Part shown: positions 26,988-37,391 of the stretch, in pieces
Position numbering within the stretch: the first letter of the stretch is position 1
How the letters are laid out: every line of letters begins with the position of its first letter
DNA from: an uncultured bacterium
GTDB lineage: Bacteria > Hydrogenedentota > Hydrogenedentia > Hydrogenedentales > CAITNO01
DNA: 45,018 nt
Direction of reading: 5' to 3'
Assembly (NCBI GenBank): GCA_937923585.1
Contig: CALDSM010000714.1
Span: 1 to 45,018 of the forward strand
Translations under genes and position numbers: made by a program
Notes under the pieces: model-generated
What the model was told of the DNA's origin: nothing
The model's input: only the letters and a program-made list of their open reading frames with translations
The model's database searches: none

Positions 26988-27017
26988 GTTTGACCGTTTG
27001 CCGCGCCCACTCGTCTA
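26988..27017 (+). promoter_or_regulatory. candidate ECF-type (autoregulatory) promoter
   Basis: GGTTTGACC (the -35-like TGACC at 26991-26995), a 16-nt spacer, then CGTCTA (27012-27017). Lies 40 nt upstream of the sigma-factor ATG. The CGTC -10 is typical of ECF promoters. Match only. Confidence 0.3.
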
Positions 27018-27056
27018 ATAGGTGTGATGCGACTCTTTGACGAGAAAGGAGCGAAT

Positions 27057-28655
27057 ATGGAACCGAGAGAGACGATTGACGCGGTCTTGGGCGGGCACCC
27101 CGACGCGTTCGCCGCGCTGGTCAAGCGGTACGAAGGACCGCTGTTTGCCTGTGCGCTGGCGCGGGTCTACGACCGGGAGGATGCCCGCGACCTCTGCCAG
27201 GACGCCTTCCTGCGCGCCTATTCGGCGCTGCCCACGCTCAAGAACCGTGACGCGTTCGGCCCATGGCTGTTCATGATTCTGCGGCGACTGTGCGTGGACT
27301 TCCTACGGGGCAAGTGGCGGAGAAACGAAGGAGAGAAGAAGATGGACCTTGCCGAAGCGAAGACGGCGTCTGATCCAAGTGGTGCGCTTTGTGAGCGCGA
27401 TGCCGCCGCCACGCTTTGGCAACTGGTGGGGCGGTTGGATGACAACAGCCGCGAAGTCCTGGCCCTTCACTACGGCCGGCAACTGAAGATAGGCGAGATA
27501 GCGCAGTTGACGGGTCTGGGCGAAAGTGCGGTGAAGATGCGCCTGCAGAAGGCGCGGACCGTGCTCGGGCAGGACGTGGAAGAACTGCAGGGGGCATGGG
27601 GACTGGCGGCCGTGCCGTCGCTTTCGGCGGCCACCATGGCGTTCACCAAGACGGCCGTTCCCCTCAAGGCGGCGCCGCTCGCCCTGGGCCCCCTCGCCGC
27701 GATTCTCGGTTACTTTGGCGGCGCTCTTTGGATGCAGCAGAAGGACCTGGAGCGCTGGCGGCCGTATGCACCGGAAGGCATGGTGGCGGAACACCGGCGC
27801 AGGATGCCCTGGGCCATGGCGTATCTTCTGGCCGTCCTCGGCCTGATGTGGAGCCTGCCTTTCCTGAAGGCGCACATCCCTTATTTCGACGTCTGCGCAA
27901 TGGTGCTCGTGCTTGGGCTGTGCATTTTTGCAATGAGACGGGAAAGTGAACTGGCCCGCCCCTTGGACAAGGTCCTTCCGTTCCTCTATCTGGCCCTCAT
28001 CCTCCTGCTGACGGTCCTGGCCGCGATAATGAGTCCCGGCAAGGGAACCGTCATCGCCGGTATTGGCGGGATGCTGCTGCTGAAAGGGATCTTGATGAGC
28101 CGCACGCAGACCAACGCGGGCACGGTGATGCCCGGCGTTTGGCTCATGCCGGTGCTGCAATGCACGCATGAGGAACAACCGCAACCAACGCCGCTTTCCC
28201 ACGGGAAGATCAGGCCGTGGCTCGTCATGCTCCATGAACTGGGGCTGGTGGCGCCTCCCTGCAGGAAGGACGCACAGGGCATGACGGTGCACCTGCGCCT
28301 GCGCCAGCGCTTCTGGTCCAAGGTCAGGTGGGGCATGTCCTGCTCCACACTTCGTGCAGACGCGACGGGCGCCGCAACGTGCGAAGTCACCCCGGGCGAC
28401 TACGTCGTGCTCGCGAGACAATGCGGCCCCGTGGCGCTTCCAGGACGGCGTGAACTGGCGGAGGAACTGGGACGGCGCTTTACCGCCGCCTACGCGGCCT
28501 ATGCGGCAGGCGGGGACAAGGATGCCGTCACCGCCTGTCTGGGATTGTCGAATTGCCCCATCGATATTCGCCGCAGCCACGTCTTCCGTTTCGCGAAATA
28601 TGCCTCGATGGTTCTTGGCATTATCGGCATAACGATTGGGTTTTGCCTCAGATGA
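27057..28655 (+). CDS. ECF (sigma-70 family) sigma factor fused to a polytopic membrane domain and a C-terminal domain of unknown function
   Basis: Start at the ATG at 27057, with AAAGGAG 5 nt upstream. Region 2 (..DARDLCQDAFLRAY..) and region 4 (..REVLALHYGRQLKIGEIAQLTGLGESAVKMRLQKAR..) occupy the first ~185 aa. About 5-6 hydrophobic helices follow, then a ~150-aa soluble segment and a terminal TM (MVLGIIGITIGFCL). Confidence 0.75.
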   Translation: MEPRETIDAVLGGHPDAFAALVKRYEGPLFACALARVYDREDARDLCQDAFLRAYSALPTLKNRDAFGPWLFMILRRLCVDFLRGKWRRNEGEKKMDLAEAKTASDPSGALCERDAAATLWQLVGRLDDNSREVLALHYGRQLKIGEIAQLTGLGESAVKMRLQKARTVLGQDVEELQGAWGLAAVPSLSAATMAFTKTAVPLKAAPLALGPLAAILGYFGGALWMQQKDLERWRPYAPEGMVAEHRRRMPWAMAYLLAVLGLMWSLPFLKAHIPYFDVCAMVLVLGLCIFAMRRESELARPLDKVLPFLYLALILLLTVLAAIMSPGKGTVIAGIGGMLLLKGILMSRTQTNAGTVMPGVWLMPVLQCTHEEQPQPTPLSHGKIRPWLVMLHELGLVAPPCRKDAQGMTVHLRLRQRFWSKVRWGMSCSTLRADATGAATCEVTPGDYVVLARQCGPVALPGRRELAEELGRRFTAAYAAYAAGGDKDAVTACLGLSNCPIDIRRSHVFRFAKYASMVLGIIGITIGFCLR

Positions 28656-28865
28656 TCGCTGTCACGATGATTGGGGAAAGCCCCGAACGGCCCAAAGCTT
28701 GGGCCGACGCCTGGATCATGGCCGCACGCACTCAAGAAGAGCCGCCGGTTGCTGTTCCGGCACGCGGGCCATTCTTGGCACCCCAACGGGGTCCGGGACC
28801 TCAAGCGCAAGGAATCCATCGCCGCCATCCTTGGCGGCGCGGGCGGGAATTGGGTAGAATCAGAC

Positions 28866-31862
28866 ATGTTAATCCGACGGCACCGCTTGAAGATCTTCCT
28901 GTCCCTCCTTCCAAGTCTTTTCCTGATGATTCTCTTTGCCCCGGTTCCCGTCGCGGCCGCCGCGCCCGACACCCCGGCCAGCGCCTTCCCGGTCACGGCA
29001 TCCTCGACGTTTGGCGATCCGAACCTCGCGGAGTTCGCCTTCGATGACAACCCGAAAACCCGCTGGGCCAGCGCATACAACACCCCGGAAGTCTGGCTCC
29101 AGGCCGACTTGGGCCGAAAGATCCGCATCAAGTCCCTGACGATTGTGTGGGAGGTGGCGGCCGCGGTGGATTACGAATTACTGGTCTCCAACGACGGAAC
29201 CCGCTGGAAGTCCCTCCACCACCAGACCGCAGGCAAGGGGGGCGAGGAAACGCTGGACCGTCTTTCCGGCAAAGGGCGCTATCTGCGCATCCTGTGCCAC
29301 AAGCCGGGGCCGTGCGGGCTCTACTCCATCTGGGAGATTCGTTCGACCGACCCGGAACTGGCCGGGGCACTTTCGGGGCTGCGCGGACGGATGAAGGCGG
29401 CGCACGACGAGGCCCGGCGTATCGCCCGCGAACGGCTGCGGGCCGGTCTGGATGAGGCGGGCATCCGGGAGATGGTCTTTGCCGCGCGGCCGCTGCATCC
29501 CGACGGCCACTGGTACGCCAACATCAGCTACTTCGCTCCGGACGCAAACGCCAAGACCTACGCAACGGGCGGCGGCCTGTACAAGTTGAACGTGGCTTCG
29601 GGCGCGGTGACGCCGCTGCTGGAGGATGCCGGGGGGACGGTGCGCGATCCGGCGGTCCATTACGACGGGCACACTATCCTGTTTTCGTGGCGCAAGGCCG
29701 GCACCGACCCCTTTCACCTGTTCACCATAAACGCCGACGGGTCGGACCTCAAACAACTGACTTTTGGCGACTATGACGACATCGAACCGGCGTGGCTGCC
29801 GGACGGAGGCATTGTGTTTGTGTCGAGCCGCTGCCGGCGCTGGGTGAACTGCTGGCTCACGCAGGTGGCCGTCGCGCACCGCTGCAATGCGGACGGCACG
29901 GGTATCTTGCCGATTTCGGCCAACCTGGAGCAGGACAACACGCCCTGGCCCATGAGCGACGGGCGCATCCTGTACACGCGCTGGGAGTATGTGGACCGCA
30001 GCCAGGTGGACTATCACCATCTGTGGACCATGAATCCCGACGGCACCGGGCAAATGATCCATTTCGGCAACATGCACCCCGGCGGGGTGTTCATAGATGC
30101 CAAGCCCGTTCCGGGCATGGACGAGGTGCTCTTCATCAACTCGCCCGGACACGGCGCGAAAGAGCACGCGGGCATGGTTGCGCTGGTCAATGTGAAGAAG
30201 GGGCCCGATGAACTGCCCTCCATTCACAACCTTACCGGCGTCGGCTACCGCGATCCTTGCGCGGTTACCCGCGACGTGTTTCTTGCCGCGCGCGGCAGGG
30301 ACCTCCGGTTGCTGGATCGCATGGGCAATGAAACCTGCCTGTACACGCTGCCCGATTCCCCCGCAAAGCTGGAACTGCACGAACCGCGGCCGCTGGTGCC
30401 GCGCCCGCAGGAACCCGTCATTCCCCCGCATGCGGACCGCACCCAAACCACGGGCAAACTGATCCTGTCCAACGTGAACATCGGCCGCAACATGACCGGC
30501 GTTGCGCCGGGCGACATCCGGAAACTGCTTGTCATTGAGACCCTGCCCAAACCCATCAACTACACGGGCGGCATGGACCCGCTCAGTTACGGCGGAACCT
30601 TCACACTGGAACGGGTGCTCGGCACCGTGCCGGTGGAGGAGGACGGGTCGGCGTACCTGGAGGTGCCCGCCGGACGGTCGCTGTTCTTCGTCGCGCTGGA
30701 CGGCAACGACAATTCCGTGAAACGCATGCAGAGTTTTCTGGCAGTCATGCCCGGTGAAACGATGGGTTGTGTCGGCTGCCACGAGCCGCGCACCTCGTCG
30801 GGACGCAACCCGCAACGGGCGCAGTTGAAGGCGCTGGATCGCGCGCCCAGCGTCATCGAACCGGTCAGGGGCATCCCGGAAGTCTTTGATTTTCCCCGGG
30901 ATATTCAGCCCATCCTTGACCGGCATTGCCTGTCCTGCCATGACTATGCGCGGCACAACGGGGCGGCGTTCGGTCCGCGGGCGGGCGGCGTGATTCTCAG
31001 CGGCGACCGCGGCGTGATGTTCTCGCACAGCTACGCCGTGCTGACGGTGCGCGGCCAGATCGCGGACGGCCGCGACCTGGCCAAGAGCAACCTGGCCCCC
31101 CGCAACATTGGTGCGGCGGCCAGTCCGCTGATGCAGAAGATAGGCGGACAGCATCACGGTGTCCAATTGTCACCGCAGGAAACGGCGATGGTTCGCTACT
31201 GGATTGAGACCGGCGCGGCCTATCCCGGCACCTACGCCGCGCTCGGCTCGGGATGCATCGGCGGTTATGCGGAAAACAAACTGACCGGCAACGACAACCG
31301 GTGGCCCGAATCGAAGGCTGCCGCAGACGTGATTGGCACCCGCTGCGCCGCCTGCCACACGAACGCCAACAGCCTGCCCGCGACGCTCTCCGACGAAAAC
31401 GGCATCTCCTTCTGGCGCCCCGATGCGTGGAATGACCCGCGCCTGCTGCGCAGCCGCCATCTGGTGTTCAACCTAACCCGGCCCGAACAGTCCATGATCC
31501 TCCTGGCGCCGCTGTCGGAGCAGGCGGGCGGCTACGGCATATGCCGCTATAAAGACCCCGCCGGGAACGACCTGCCGTTCTTCAAAGACAAGGACGATCC
31601 GGACTACCAGAAGCTGCTGGCCCTTTGCGTGGCGGGGAAACGGCAGTTGGACCAGATCAAGCGCTTTGACATGAAGGGATTTCAGCCGCCGCTGCCCTAC
31701 ATCCGGGAAATGAAGCGGTACAAAGTGCTTGCCGACACCTTCGACCCAGCCTCACCACTGGATTACTACGCGGCCGACCGGGCCTACTGGGGTTCATTTG
31801 AACTGCCCAAAGCCCTGGAACATCCGGCATACATGGCCGGTTCAACGTCTTCCGAACCCTGA
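28866..31862 (+). CDS. exported multidomain protein: discoidin (F5/8 type C)-like + PD40/TolB-like beta-propeller + C-terminal region with three CXXCH motifs
   Basis: Start at the ATG at 28866 (MLIRRHRLKIFLSLLPSLFLMILFAPVPVAAAAP signal). ..DDNPKTRWASAY..WLQADLG..IKSLTIVWE.. is discoidin-like. ..HLFTINADGSDLKQLTFGDYDDIEPAWLPDGGIVFVSSR.. is PD40-like. CVGCH is at 30768-30782, CLSCH at 30927-30941 and CAACH at 31344-31358. Confidence 0.7.
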   Translation: MLIRRHRLKIFLSLLPSLFLMILFAPVPVAAAAPDTPASAFPVTASSTFGDPNLAEFAFDDNPKTRWASAYNTPEVWLQADLGRKIRIKSLTIVWEVAAAVDYELLVSNDGTRWKSLHHQTAGKGGEETLDRLSGKGRYLRILCHKPGPCGLYSIWEIRSTDPELAGALSGLRGRMKAAHDEARRIARERLRAGLDEAGIREMVFAARPLHPDGHWYANISYFAPDANAKTYATGGGLYKLNVASGAVTPLLEDAGGTVRDPAVHYDGHTILFSWRKAGTDPFHLFTINADGSDLKQLTFGDYDDIEPAWLPDGGIVFVSSRCRRWVNCWLTQVAVAHRCNADGTGILPISANLEQDNTPWPMSDGRILYTRWEYVDRSQVDYHHLWTMNPDGTGQMIHFGNMHPGGVFIDAKPVPGMDEVLFINSPGHGAKEHAGMVALVNVKKGPDELPSIHNLTGVGYRDPCAVTRDVFLAARGRDLRLLDRMGNETCLYTLPDSPAKLELHEPRPLVPRPQEPVIPPHADRTQTTGKLILSNVNIGRNMTGVAPGDIRKLLVIETLPKPINYTGGMDPLSYGGTFTLERVLGTVPVEEDGSAYLEVPAGRSLFFVALDGNDNSVKRMQSFLAVMPGETMGCVGCHEPRTSSGRNPQRAQLKALDRAPSVIEPVRGIPEVFDFPRDIQPILDRHCLSCHDYARHNGAAFGPRAGGVILSGDRGVMFSHSYAVLTVRGQIADGRDLAKSNLAPRNIGAAASPLMQKIGGQHHGVQLSPQETAMVRYWIETGAAYPGTYAALGSGCIGGYAENKLTGNDNRWPESKAAADVIGTRCAACHTNANSLPATLSDENGISFWRPDAWNDPRLLRSRHLVFNLTRPEQSMILLAPLSEQAGGYGICRYKDPAGNDLPFFKDKDDPDYQKLLALCVAGKRQLDQIKRFDMKGFQPPLPYIREMKRYKVLADTFDPASPLDYYAADRAYWGSFELPKALEHPAYMAGSTSSEP

Positions 31863-31890
31863 CCGAGTCCGCCTTCCCCGCCTGTCCCTC

Positions 31891-34800
31891 TCAGCGGCTG
31901 TCCAGCACTTCCCGGATCTTCTCGGAAAGAACCTGTGTCGTAAAGGGCTTCTGGATGAAATGCACGCCCTCATCCAGCATGCCGTGATGGGCAATGACGT
32001 TGGCTGTGTAGCCCGACATGAACAGGCACTTGAGATTCGGGTTGCGCGCGAGCAGGTTTGCGGCCATGTCCCGTCCGTTCATTTCGGGCATGACCACGTC
32101 GGTCATGAGCAGGTCAATCCGCCCGGCATGGGTTTCGGCCAGGCGAAGCGCCTCGCCGGGCGAGTCGGCGGCCAGGACGGCATAACCCCGGCGCTGGAGC
32201 ATCGCGGAGGCCATCTTCAGTATGGCCGGTTCGTCCTCCACCAGCAGAACGGTCTCGTGACCGCGCGCGGCGGGCCTCGGAGGAGCCTCGATGGGGACCG
32301 GTTCGGCCTTGCCAAAGTGGCGGGGCAGGTAGATCCTGAAGGTGGCGCCCAGGCCCGGCTCGCTGTACACGGTGATGAACCCGCTGTTTTGCCTGACAAT
32401 GCCGTAGACGGTGGACAAGCCCAGTCCGGTGCCCTTGCCAACCTCCTTGGTGGTAAAGAAGGGCTCAAAAAGCTTGTCCAGCGTGTCTTTGTCCATGCCG
32501 CAGCCGTTGTCGCTGACAGCGAGGAGCACGTATGCGCCCGGGACAAAGCCGGCATGTTCGGCGCACCAGGCGTCGTCAAAAAGGACAGCCTCTGTCTCGA
32601 TGGTTATCTTGCCCGAGTCCCCTATGGCGTCGCGCGCGTTGACGCACAGGTTTGCCAGTATCTGGTCAAGCTGCGACGGGTCCATCCTGACCGGGCCGAG
32701 ATTCTTGCCCGGCAGCCAGGCAAGGCCGACATCCTCGCCGATGAGCCTCCGCAGCATCTTGAGCGTCCCCTCCACGGCCTCGTTCAGATCAAGCACTTTG
32801 GGCGCGACAGTCTGCTTGCGGGCAAAGGCCAGCAGTTGCTGCGTGAGTTCGGCGGAGCGCTCGGCCGCCCTGCAGATTTCCTGAAGATCGGCGTGAATTG
32901 GCTGGTCCGGACGCACCTGCTCCAGGGCCAGTTCGGCATGGCCCAGAATCACGCCGAGCATGTTGTTGAAATCGTGGGCCACCCCGCCGGCCAGCCGTCC
33001 CACCGATTCCATCTTCTGGGACTGGTTCAACTGCGCCTGGAGTTTTACCCGGTCCTCCTCGGCCCGCTTGCGGTCCACCAGACGCCACATGCCCTGCATG
33101 AGCAGCGTGAGCTGCTGGACATCGCTTTGCGTGTACTCTTCCGTCTTGTTTCCCACGCCCGCGACAATTACCATCCTGTCGCCGTCAAAGACCGGCGTGT
33201 TCATATGGCGCATCACCCGCACATGGCCGTCCGGAACACCCTTCTTCCAGGGACTTGGGGCGGAATAATCGTTCGTGATGACGGGCCTGCGCTGCCGAAC
33301 CGCCTCGCCCCACAGGCCGGTGTCCACCACGGGATAGATGATGGGCTTGTCGTCTACGGCGCACTCTTGCATGGCCTCCTTCGACCAGGAGTGCATGGTG
33401 AGCACCGTTTCATCGTCGTTGAGAAAGGCCAGGTATCCAATCCTGCTCTGGGTCAGTTCGACCGCCTTCTCCATAACAAAGTCCGTGATTTCTTTCAGCG
33501 TCGCACCGGCCATTTGGCCGAGATGCAGCAGGGTCTGCGTTCTAAGATAATTGGCCGACAGTTCCTGTTCGTTCCTCCTCCGCTCGGTGATGTCCTCATA
33601 GGTGCCCAGGATGCCGATCACCTTTCCCCCATCGTCAAAGAGGGGGACCTTGTTGGTGTCCAGCCACGCCTGTTTGCCGTCAGCCTGCTGCTGCGGCTCG
33701 ATGATGTGGTATTCGGGCAGGCCTGAACCCATCACCCGCTCGTCGCACTTGCGGAAGAAGTCGGCCTCCTCTTTCTTCCACGCCAGGTCGTAATCGGTCT
33801 TTCCCACAATGAGTTCCGGCAGGCCGACGCCCGCCACGCGGGCAAAGTTCTGATTGCAGCCAAGGTAGACCGACTGCCGGTCTTTCCAGAAGATGAACTG
33901 CGGGATGCTGTTCATGACGAGGCGCATTAACGACCTGGAACTGCGCAAGTCCCCTTCCGCCCGCCTGCGTTCAGTGTCGATAAGAACCTGGGCAACGATG
34001 GCGGCGACGGTGCCTGCAAATGATTCCTCGTCGGAATGCCATTTTCGCCGGGTTCCCACATGCTCACAGCACACCACCCCCGCCAGCCTGCCCTCCATGA
34101 GAATGCCCGTATCCAGCATGGAGGCGATGCCCAGCGGTCTCAGGTAGCTTTCGGCAAGTTCGCAGGTGCGGGGGTCGTTCCGGGCGTCATCCGCGGAGAT
34201 GCGGTTCTCCTGCATGATGGCCCTGAAATAGTTGGGAAACGATTCCGGCGCAATAACCGCTCCGCGGCTGTGTCCGGGCTTCTCCGCTTCATAGAGCGAC
34301 AGACACCGCAGCCTGCCGTTTTCTGTCGGAAGTTCCCAGATGCTGGTGCGCGCGGCGCCCAGCGTATGGGAGAGGACCTCTGTGATTCGATCCAAAGTGC
34401 CGGTCAGGCCCGCGGCACCCCGCATCTGCTCGGTTGCGATCTCCGCGACCGCGGCCCGCTGCAGGCTGGCCCGCCTCTCCGCCTCGCGCAGCGCGTCTTC
34501 CACGCGCTTTCGCTCGGTGATGTCGCGGATGAGGCCGTTGTAACTGAGGAGCGTGCCCCGCACATCCCGATGGAAGACCGGTGTGTTCTCCACCCAGCGG
34601 ACACTGCCGTCCTTGTGCGCAATGCGGTAGGCGACAGGTGCGGCATTCTCCCCGGCCGCGGCCAGCCGGGCCTGTTCGGCAACCTGAGCGCGGTCCTCGG
34701 GAGGCACGATGTTCAGCCAAAGCGAGGGATCATGGCCGAATTCGTCCTGGCTGTATCCGGTGACGGCCTGGCATCCGGGACCGTGTATCGTGGCCACGGC

Positions 34801-35568
34801 CTTTCCGTCCTTGACCAGCACCATGTAGACATAGTCCGTGATCGTTTCCGTGATGCGCTTGTAGTGCGCCTGGCTTTCCTCCAGTGATTTCTGCTGCGCC
34901 AGCATGCGGTGCCGGGACCGGGCCAGCAACACGCTCAGCACCAGCAGCACCAGTGCCAGGAGCGTCAGGGCCGTGGGTCCCGCCGCAGCAACGAGAACTG
35001 AGCGCCTCCATCTGCTTGCGTCCACGTCCATGCCCAGCAACGCAACAGTTTTTTCCGAGGTTGGGTCATTCAGCGGAACCACCGCCGACACCCACGTTCC
35101 CAGGTGGTCGGTCTCGGGACCGGCAACAACCTCAGCGCCGGTGGACATGGCGCGACGGAATTCCTCCCTTCCTTCCGTGAACTCCTGGCCGGGCAGCGAA
35201 GATGCCTGCGAATCGGGGGGCTCGTTGTCCACCAGGTGGAACAATTCGCCGTTGGGCCTGCCGCCCATGAGGTAGACAAACCGGCAGTTCTGGCTGGCGT
35301 CCTTGACGGCGGCCAACTGCGTCTTGAGCCGCTCGTAGTCATGCGTCCCCAAGTCGGTGTTGTCGCCTTTGAGCGCTTTGACATGATCCATGTTGATCAT
35401 GCGCGCCGCCAGGCGCGCCTGTTCCAGCAGCGACTGCCGCATGGCACGGTCCGTCTTGTGAATGGTGAGCCAGGTCAGCAGTGCGCCGCCGATCAACAGC
35501 ACCGCCATCGCGCCCGCCACCAGCGCAAGGTTCCTCCTGTCACGCCCCGCCGTCCTCGTGTCGTTCAT
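31891..35568 (-). CDS. hybrid sensor histidine kinase/response regulator (periplasmic sensor, multiple PAS/GAF, HisKA, HATPase, REC)
   Basis: 1225 aa. Two TM segments flank a ~150-aa periplasmic domain. H-box ..[13 protein letters not shown].., ATPase G-boxes ..DNGCGM..GTGLGLS.., and a C-terminal receiver ..[24 protein letters not shown]... Confidence 0.9.
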   Translation of the reverse strand: MNDTRTAGRDRRNLALVAGAMAVLLIGGALLTWLTIHKTDRAMRQSLLEQARLAARMINMDHVKALKGDNTDLGTHDYERLKTQLAAVKDASQNCRFVYLMGGRPNGELFHLVDNEPPDSQASSLPGQEFTEGREEFRRAMSTGAEVVAGPETDHLGTWVSAVVPLNDPTSEKTVALLGMDVDASRWRRSVLVAAAGPTALTLLALVLLVLSVLLARSRHRMLAQQKSLEESQAHYKRITETITDYVYMVLVKDGKAVATIHGPGCQAVTGYSQDEFGHDPSLWLNIVPPEDRAQVAEQARLAAAGENAAPVAYRIAHKDGSVRWVENTPVFHRDVRGTLLSYNGLIRDITERKRVEDALREAERRASLQRAAVAEIATEQMRGAAGLTGTLDRITEVLSHTLGAARTSIWELPTENGRLRCLSLYEAEKPGHSRGAVIAPESFPNYFRAIMQENRISADDARNDPRTCELAESYLRPLGIASMLDTGILMEGRLAGVVCCEHVGTRRKWHSDEESFAGTVAAIVAQVLIDTERRRAEGDLRSSRSLMRLVMNSIPQFIFWKDRQSVYLGCNQNFARVAGVGLPELIVGKTDYDLAWKKEEADFFRKCDERVMGSGLPEYHIIEPQQQADGKQAWLDTNKVPLFDDGGKVIGILGTYEDITERRRNEQELSANYLRTQTLLHLGQMAGATLKEITDFVMEKAVELTQSRIGYLAFLNDDETVLTMHSWSKEAMQECAVDDKPIIYPVVDTGLWGEAVRQRRPVITNDYSAPSPWKKGVPDGHVRVMRHMNTPVFDGDRMVIVAGVGNKTEEYTQSDVQQLTLLMQGMWRLVDRKRAEEDRVKLQAQLNQSQKMESVGRLAGGVAHDFNNMLGVILGHAELALEQVRPDQPIHADLQEICRAAERSAELTQQLLAFARKQTVAPKVLDLNEAVEGTLKMLRRLIGEDVGLAWLPGKNLGPVRMDPSQLDQILANLCVNARDAIGDSGKITIETEAVLFDDAWCAEHAGFVPGAYVLLAVSDNGCGMDKDTLDKLFEPFFTTKEVGKGTGLGLSTVYGIVRQNSGFITVYSEPGLGATFRIYLPRHFGKAEPVPIEAPPRPAARGHETVLLVEDEPAILKMASAMLQRRGYAVLAADSPGEALRLAETHAGRIDLLMTDVVMPEMNGRDMAANLLARNPNLKCLFMSGYTANVIAHHGMLDEGVHFIQKPFTTQVLSEKIREVLDSR

Positions 35569-35669
35569 GGAAACACGGACTCCTACCGTTGACTGGCGGC
35601 TAGTCTACCACGAATGCGGGCATGGGATAATCTCATCCCGGGCGAGTTGACCGGGTCGGGCAACTGCGG

Positions 35670-37145
35670 CTAAAGACTCCAGCCTTCCCGGCAAACCGGG
35701 ATGAGAAGTCGGTTTGCCTCGGGCGCGTCGGCAAACGCCATCTTGCCCCCGTCCCAGCGCAGTTTCGTGTCTGAACGGATGGCCGCAATTCCAAGCGTCA
35801 CGATTTCCGTGAGCGGCCCGCTGTAATCGAAATTGGCGCATGCCGCTTCTCCGCCCCTGCAGGCGCGGGTGAATTCTTTATAGTGGCCGATGGAACGGGA
35901 CAGCGTCTTCGGGGGTTGTTTGTAGGCCTTCATCCTCGATTCCGGAATCAGTTGCGGGTCGCTGCCATAGCAGCCGCACATGAGTTTGCCCTTTTCACCG
36001 ACAAAGAGAACACCCCCGTCGTTGTCGCCCATCTTCCTGCCCGGCTCGAGTTCGTCGGGCCGCGGCGGCATCAGCCCGCCGTCATGCCAGGTGAGGCGGA
36101 GTGGAGGCAGGTCGCCGCGGGCGGGAAACTCCCACCGCACGATGGCCGCGGCCGTGGTGGTCTCCGGATGGACCTTTCCCGAGGGCATCTCGGCGCCGAA
36201 GGGTGTGGCGCGGGTGTTCAGTTTGACGGAACTCGCCTCAACGGTGTCGGGGCTTCCAAGACGGAGCGCCCACACCACCGGGTCCAGGATGTGGCAGCCC
36301 ATGTCGCCGAGTGCGCCGGACCCGAAGTCCCACCAGCCGCGCCAGATGAACGGCAGGTACGCCGGATGATAGGGACGCTGTGCCGCCGGACCGAGCCAAA
36401 GATCCCAGTCCAGCCCCTCGGGCACGGGTGGTTCTTCCGTGGGCCGGTCAATGCCGTGGGGCCACCAGCCGCCGGGACGGTTCGTCCATGCATGCACCTC
36501 GCGCACCTCGCCGATGGCCCCGTCCCAAATCCATTCGCAGAGCAGGCGGATGTCCTCCTTGGCGTGGCCCCAGTTGCCCATTTGCGTGGCCACCTTCGCC
36601 TGCCGCGCCGCCTCGGTCATCATGCGCACCTCGGCCACCGAATGGGCCAGCGGCTTTTCGCAGAAAACGTGTCTGCCCTTCTTGAATGCCGCCAGGGCGG
36701 CCACGGCGTGTATATGGTCCGGCGTGGTGATGACCACCGCGTCAATGTCGTTCCGCTCGTCCAGCATCTGGCGGAAATCAACATAGGTTGCACAGCCGGT
36801 CCCCTTTTCTCCGTAGTAGTCGTCCACCATCCGGCGTCCCGGTTCGCGCCCGGCGATGCCGCGCCCCAGGTAGGGGCCCTCCCTGTTGACGTCGCACACC
36901 GCCACCACCCGCACGTCGGGATCCTGCAGAAAGGTCTGCAGGTTGTACATGCCCTGCCAGCCCACGCCGATGAACGCCATGTTAAGTTTGTCATTCGGCG
37001 CCGCAGCAGTGCTGCCGGCCAGGACGTGCGAGGGGACTATCGTGAAGGCCGCCGCGGCGGCCGCACCGCGCAGGAAGCCGCGCCGCGAAATGCGCGCGTT
37101 TGCGCCTCCGGCCCATTCCACGCATCCCCAATCAGAATGGTTCAT
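35670..37145 (-). CDS. Gfo/Idh/MocA-family oxidoreductase with a twin-arginine signal
   Basis: Start moved to the ATG at 37145, with AAGGAGA upstream. Tat motif SRRGFLRGAAAAAAF. Rossmann motif ..LNMAFIGVGWQG... Confidence 0.85.
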   Translation of the reverse strand: MNHSDWGCVEWAGGANARISRRGFLRGAAAAAAFTIVPSHVLAGSTAAAPNDKLNMAFIGVGWQGMYNLQTFLQDPDVRVVAVCDVNREGPYLGRGIAGREPGRRMVDDYYGEKGTGCATYVDFRQMLDERNDIDAVVITTPDHIHAVAALAAFKKGRHVFCEKPLAHSVAEVRMMTEAARQAKVATQMGNWGHAKEDIRLLCEWIWDGAIGEVREVHAWTNRPGGWWPHGIDRPTEEPPVPEGLDWDLWLGPAAQRPYHPAYLPFIWRGWWDFGSGALGDMGCHILDPVVWALRLGSPDTVEASSVKLNTRATPFGAEMPSGKVHPETTTAAAIVRWEFPARGDLPPLRLTWHDGGLMPPRPDELEPGRKMGDNDGGVLFVGEKGKLMCGCYGSDPQLIPESRMKAYKQPPKTLSRSIGHYKEFTRACRGGEAACANFDYSGPLTEIVTLGIAAIRSDTKLRWDGGKMAFADAPEANRLLIPVCREGWSL

Positions 37146-37391
37146 ACCCGGTCTCCTTGAACCATGCGGCGCATGGTCGTACTTCCCAGAAAGTCTCCCG
37201 ACGACGCTGCTTATCCATGAAGCGTAGTCCCCGTGCAGACGCCAAATCAATCCGGCTTGGAATGCGGAACGTCACCTTTAGGGCCTCTTTCCCATTCTTG
37301 GAAAGAATTCTGTCTACGCTACGCCAGCATTTGACGGGCGGCCGGGCTTCGGCTATATTATAGTTGGACTATAAATCAGCCGAGGAGCTTC

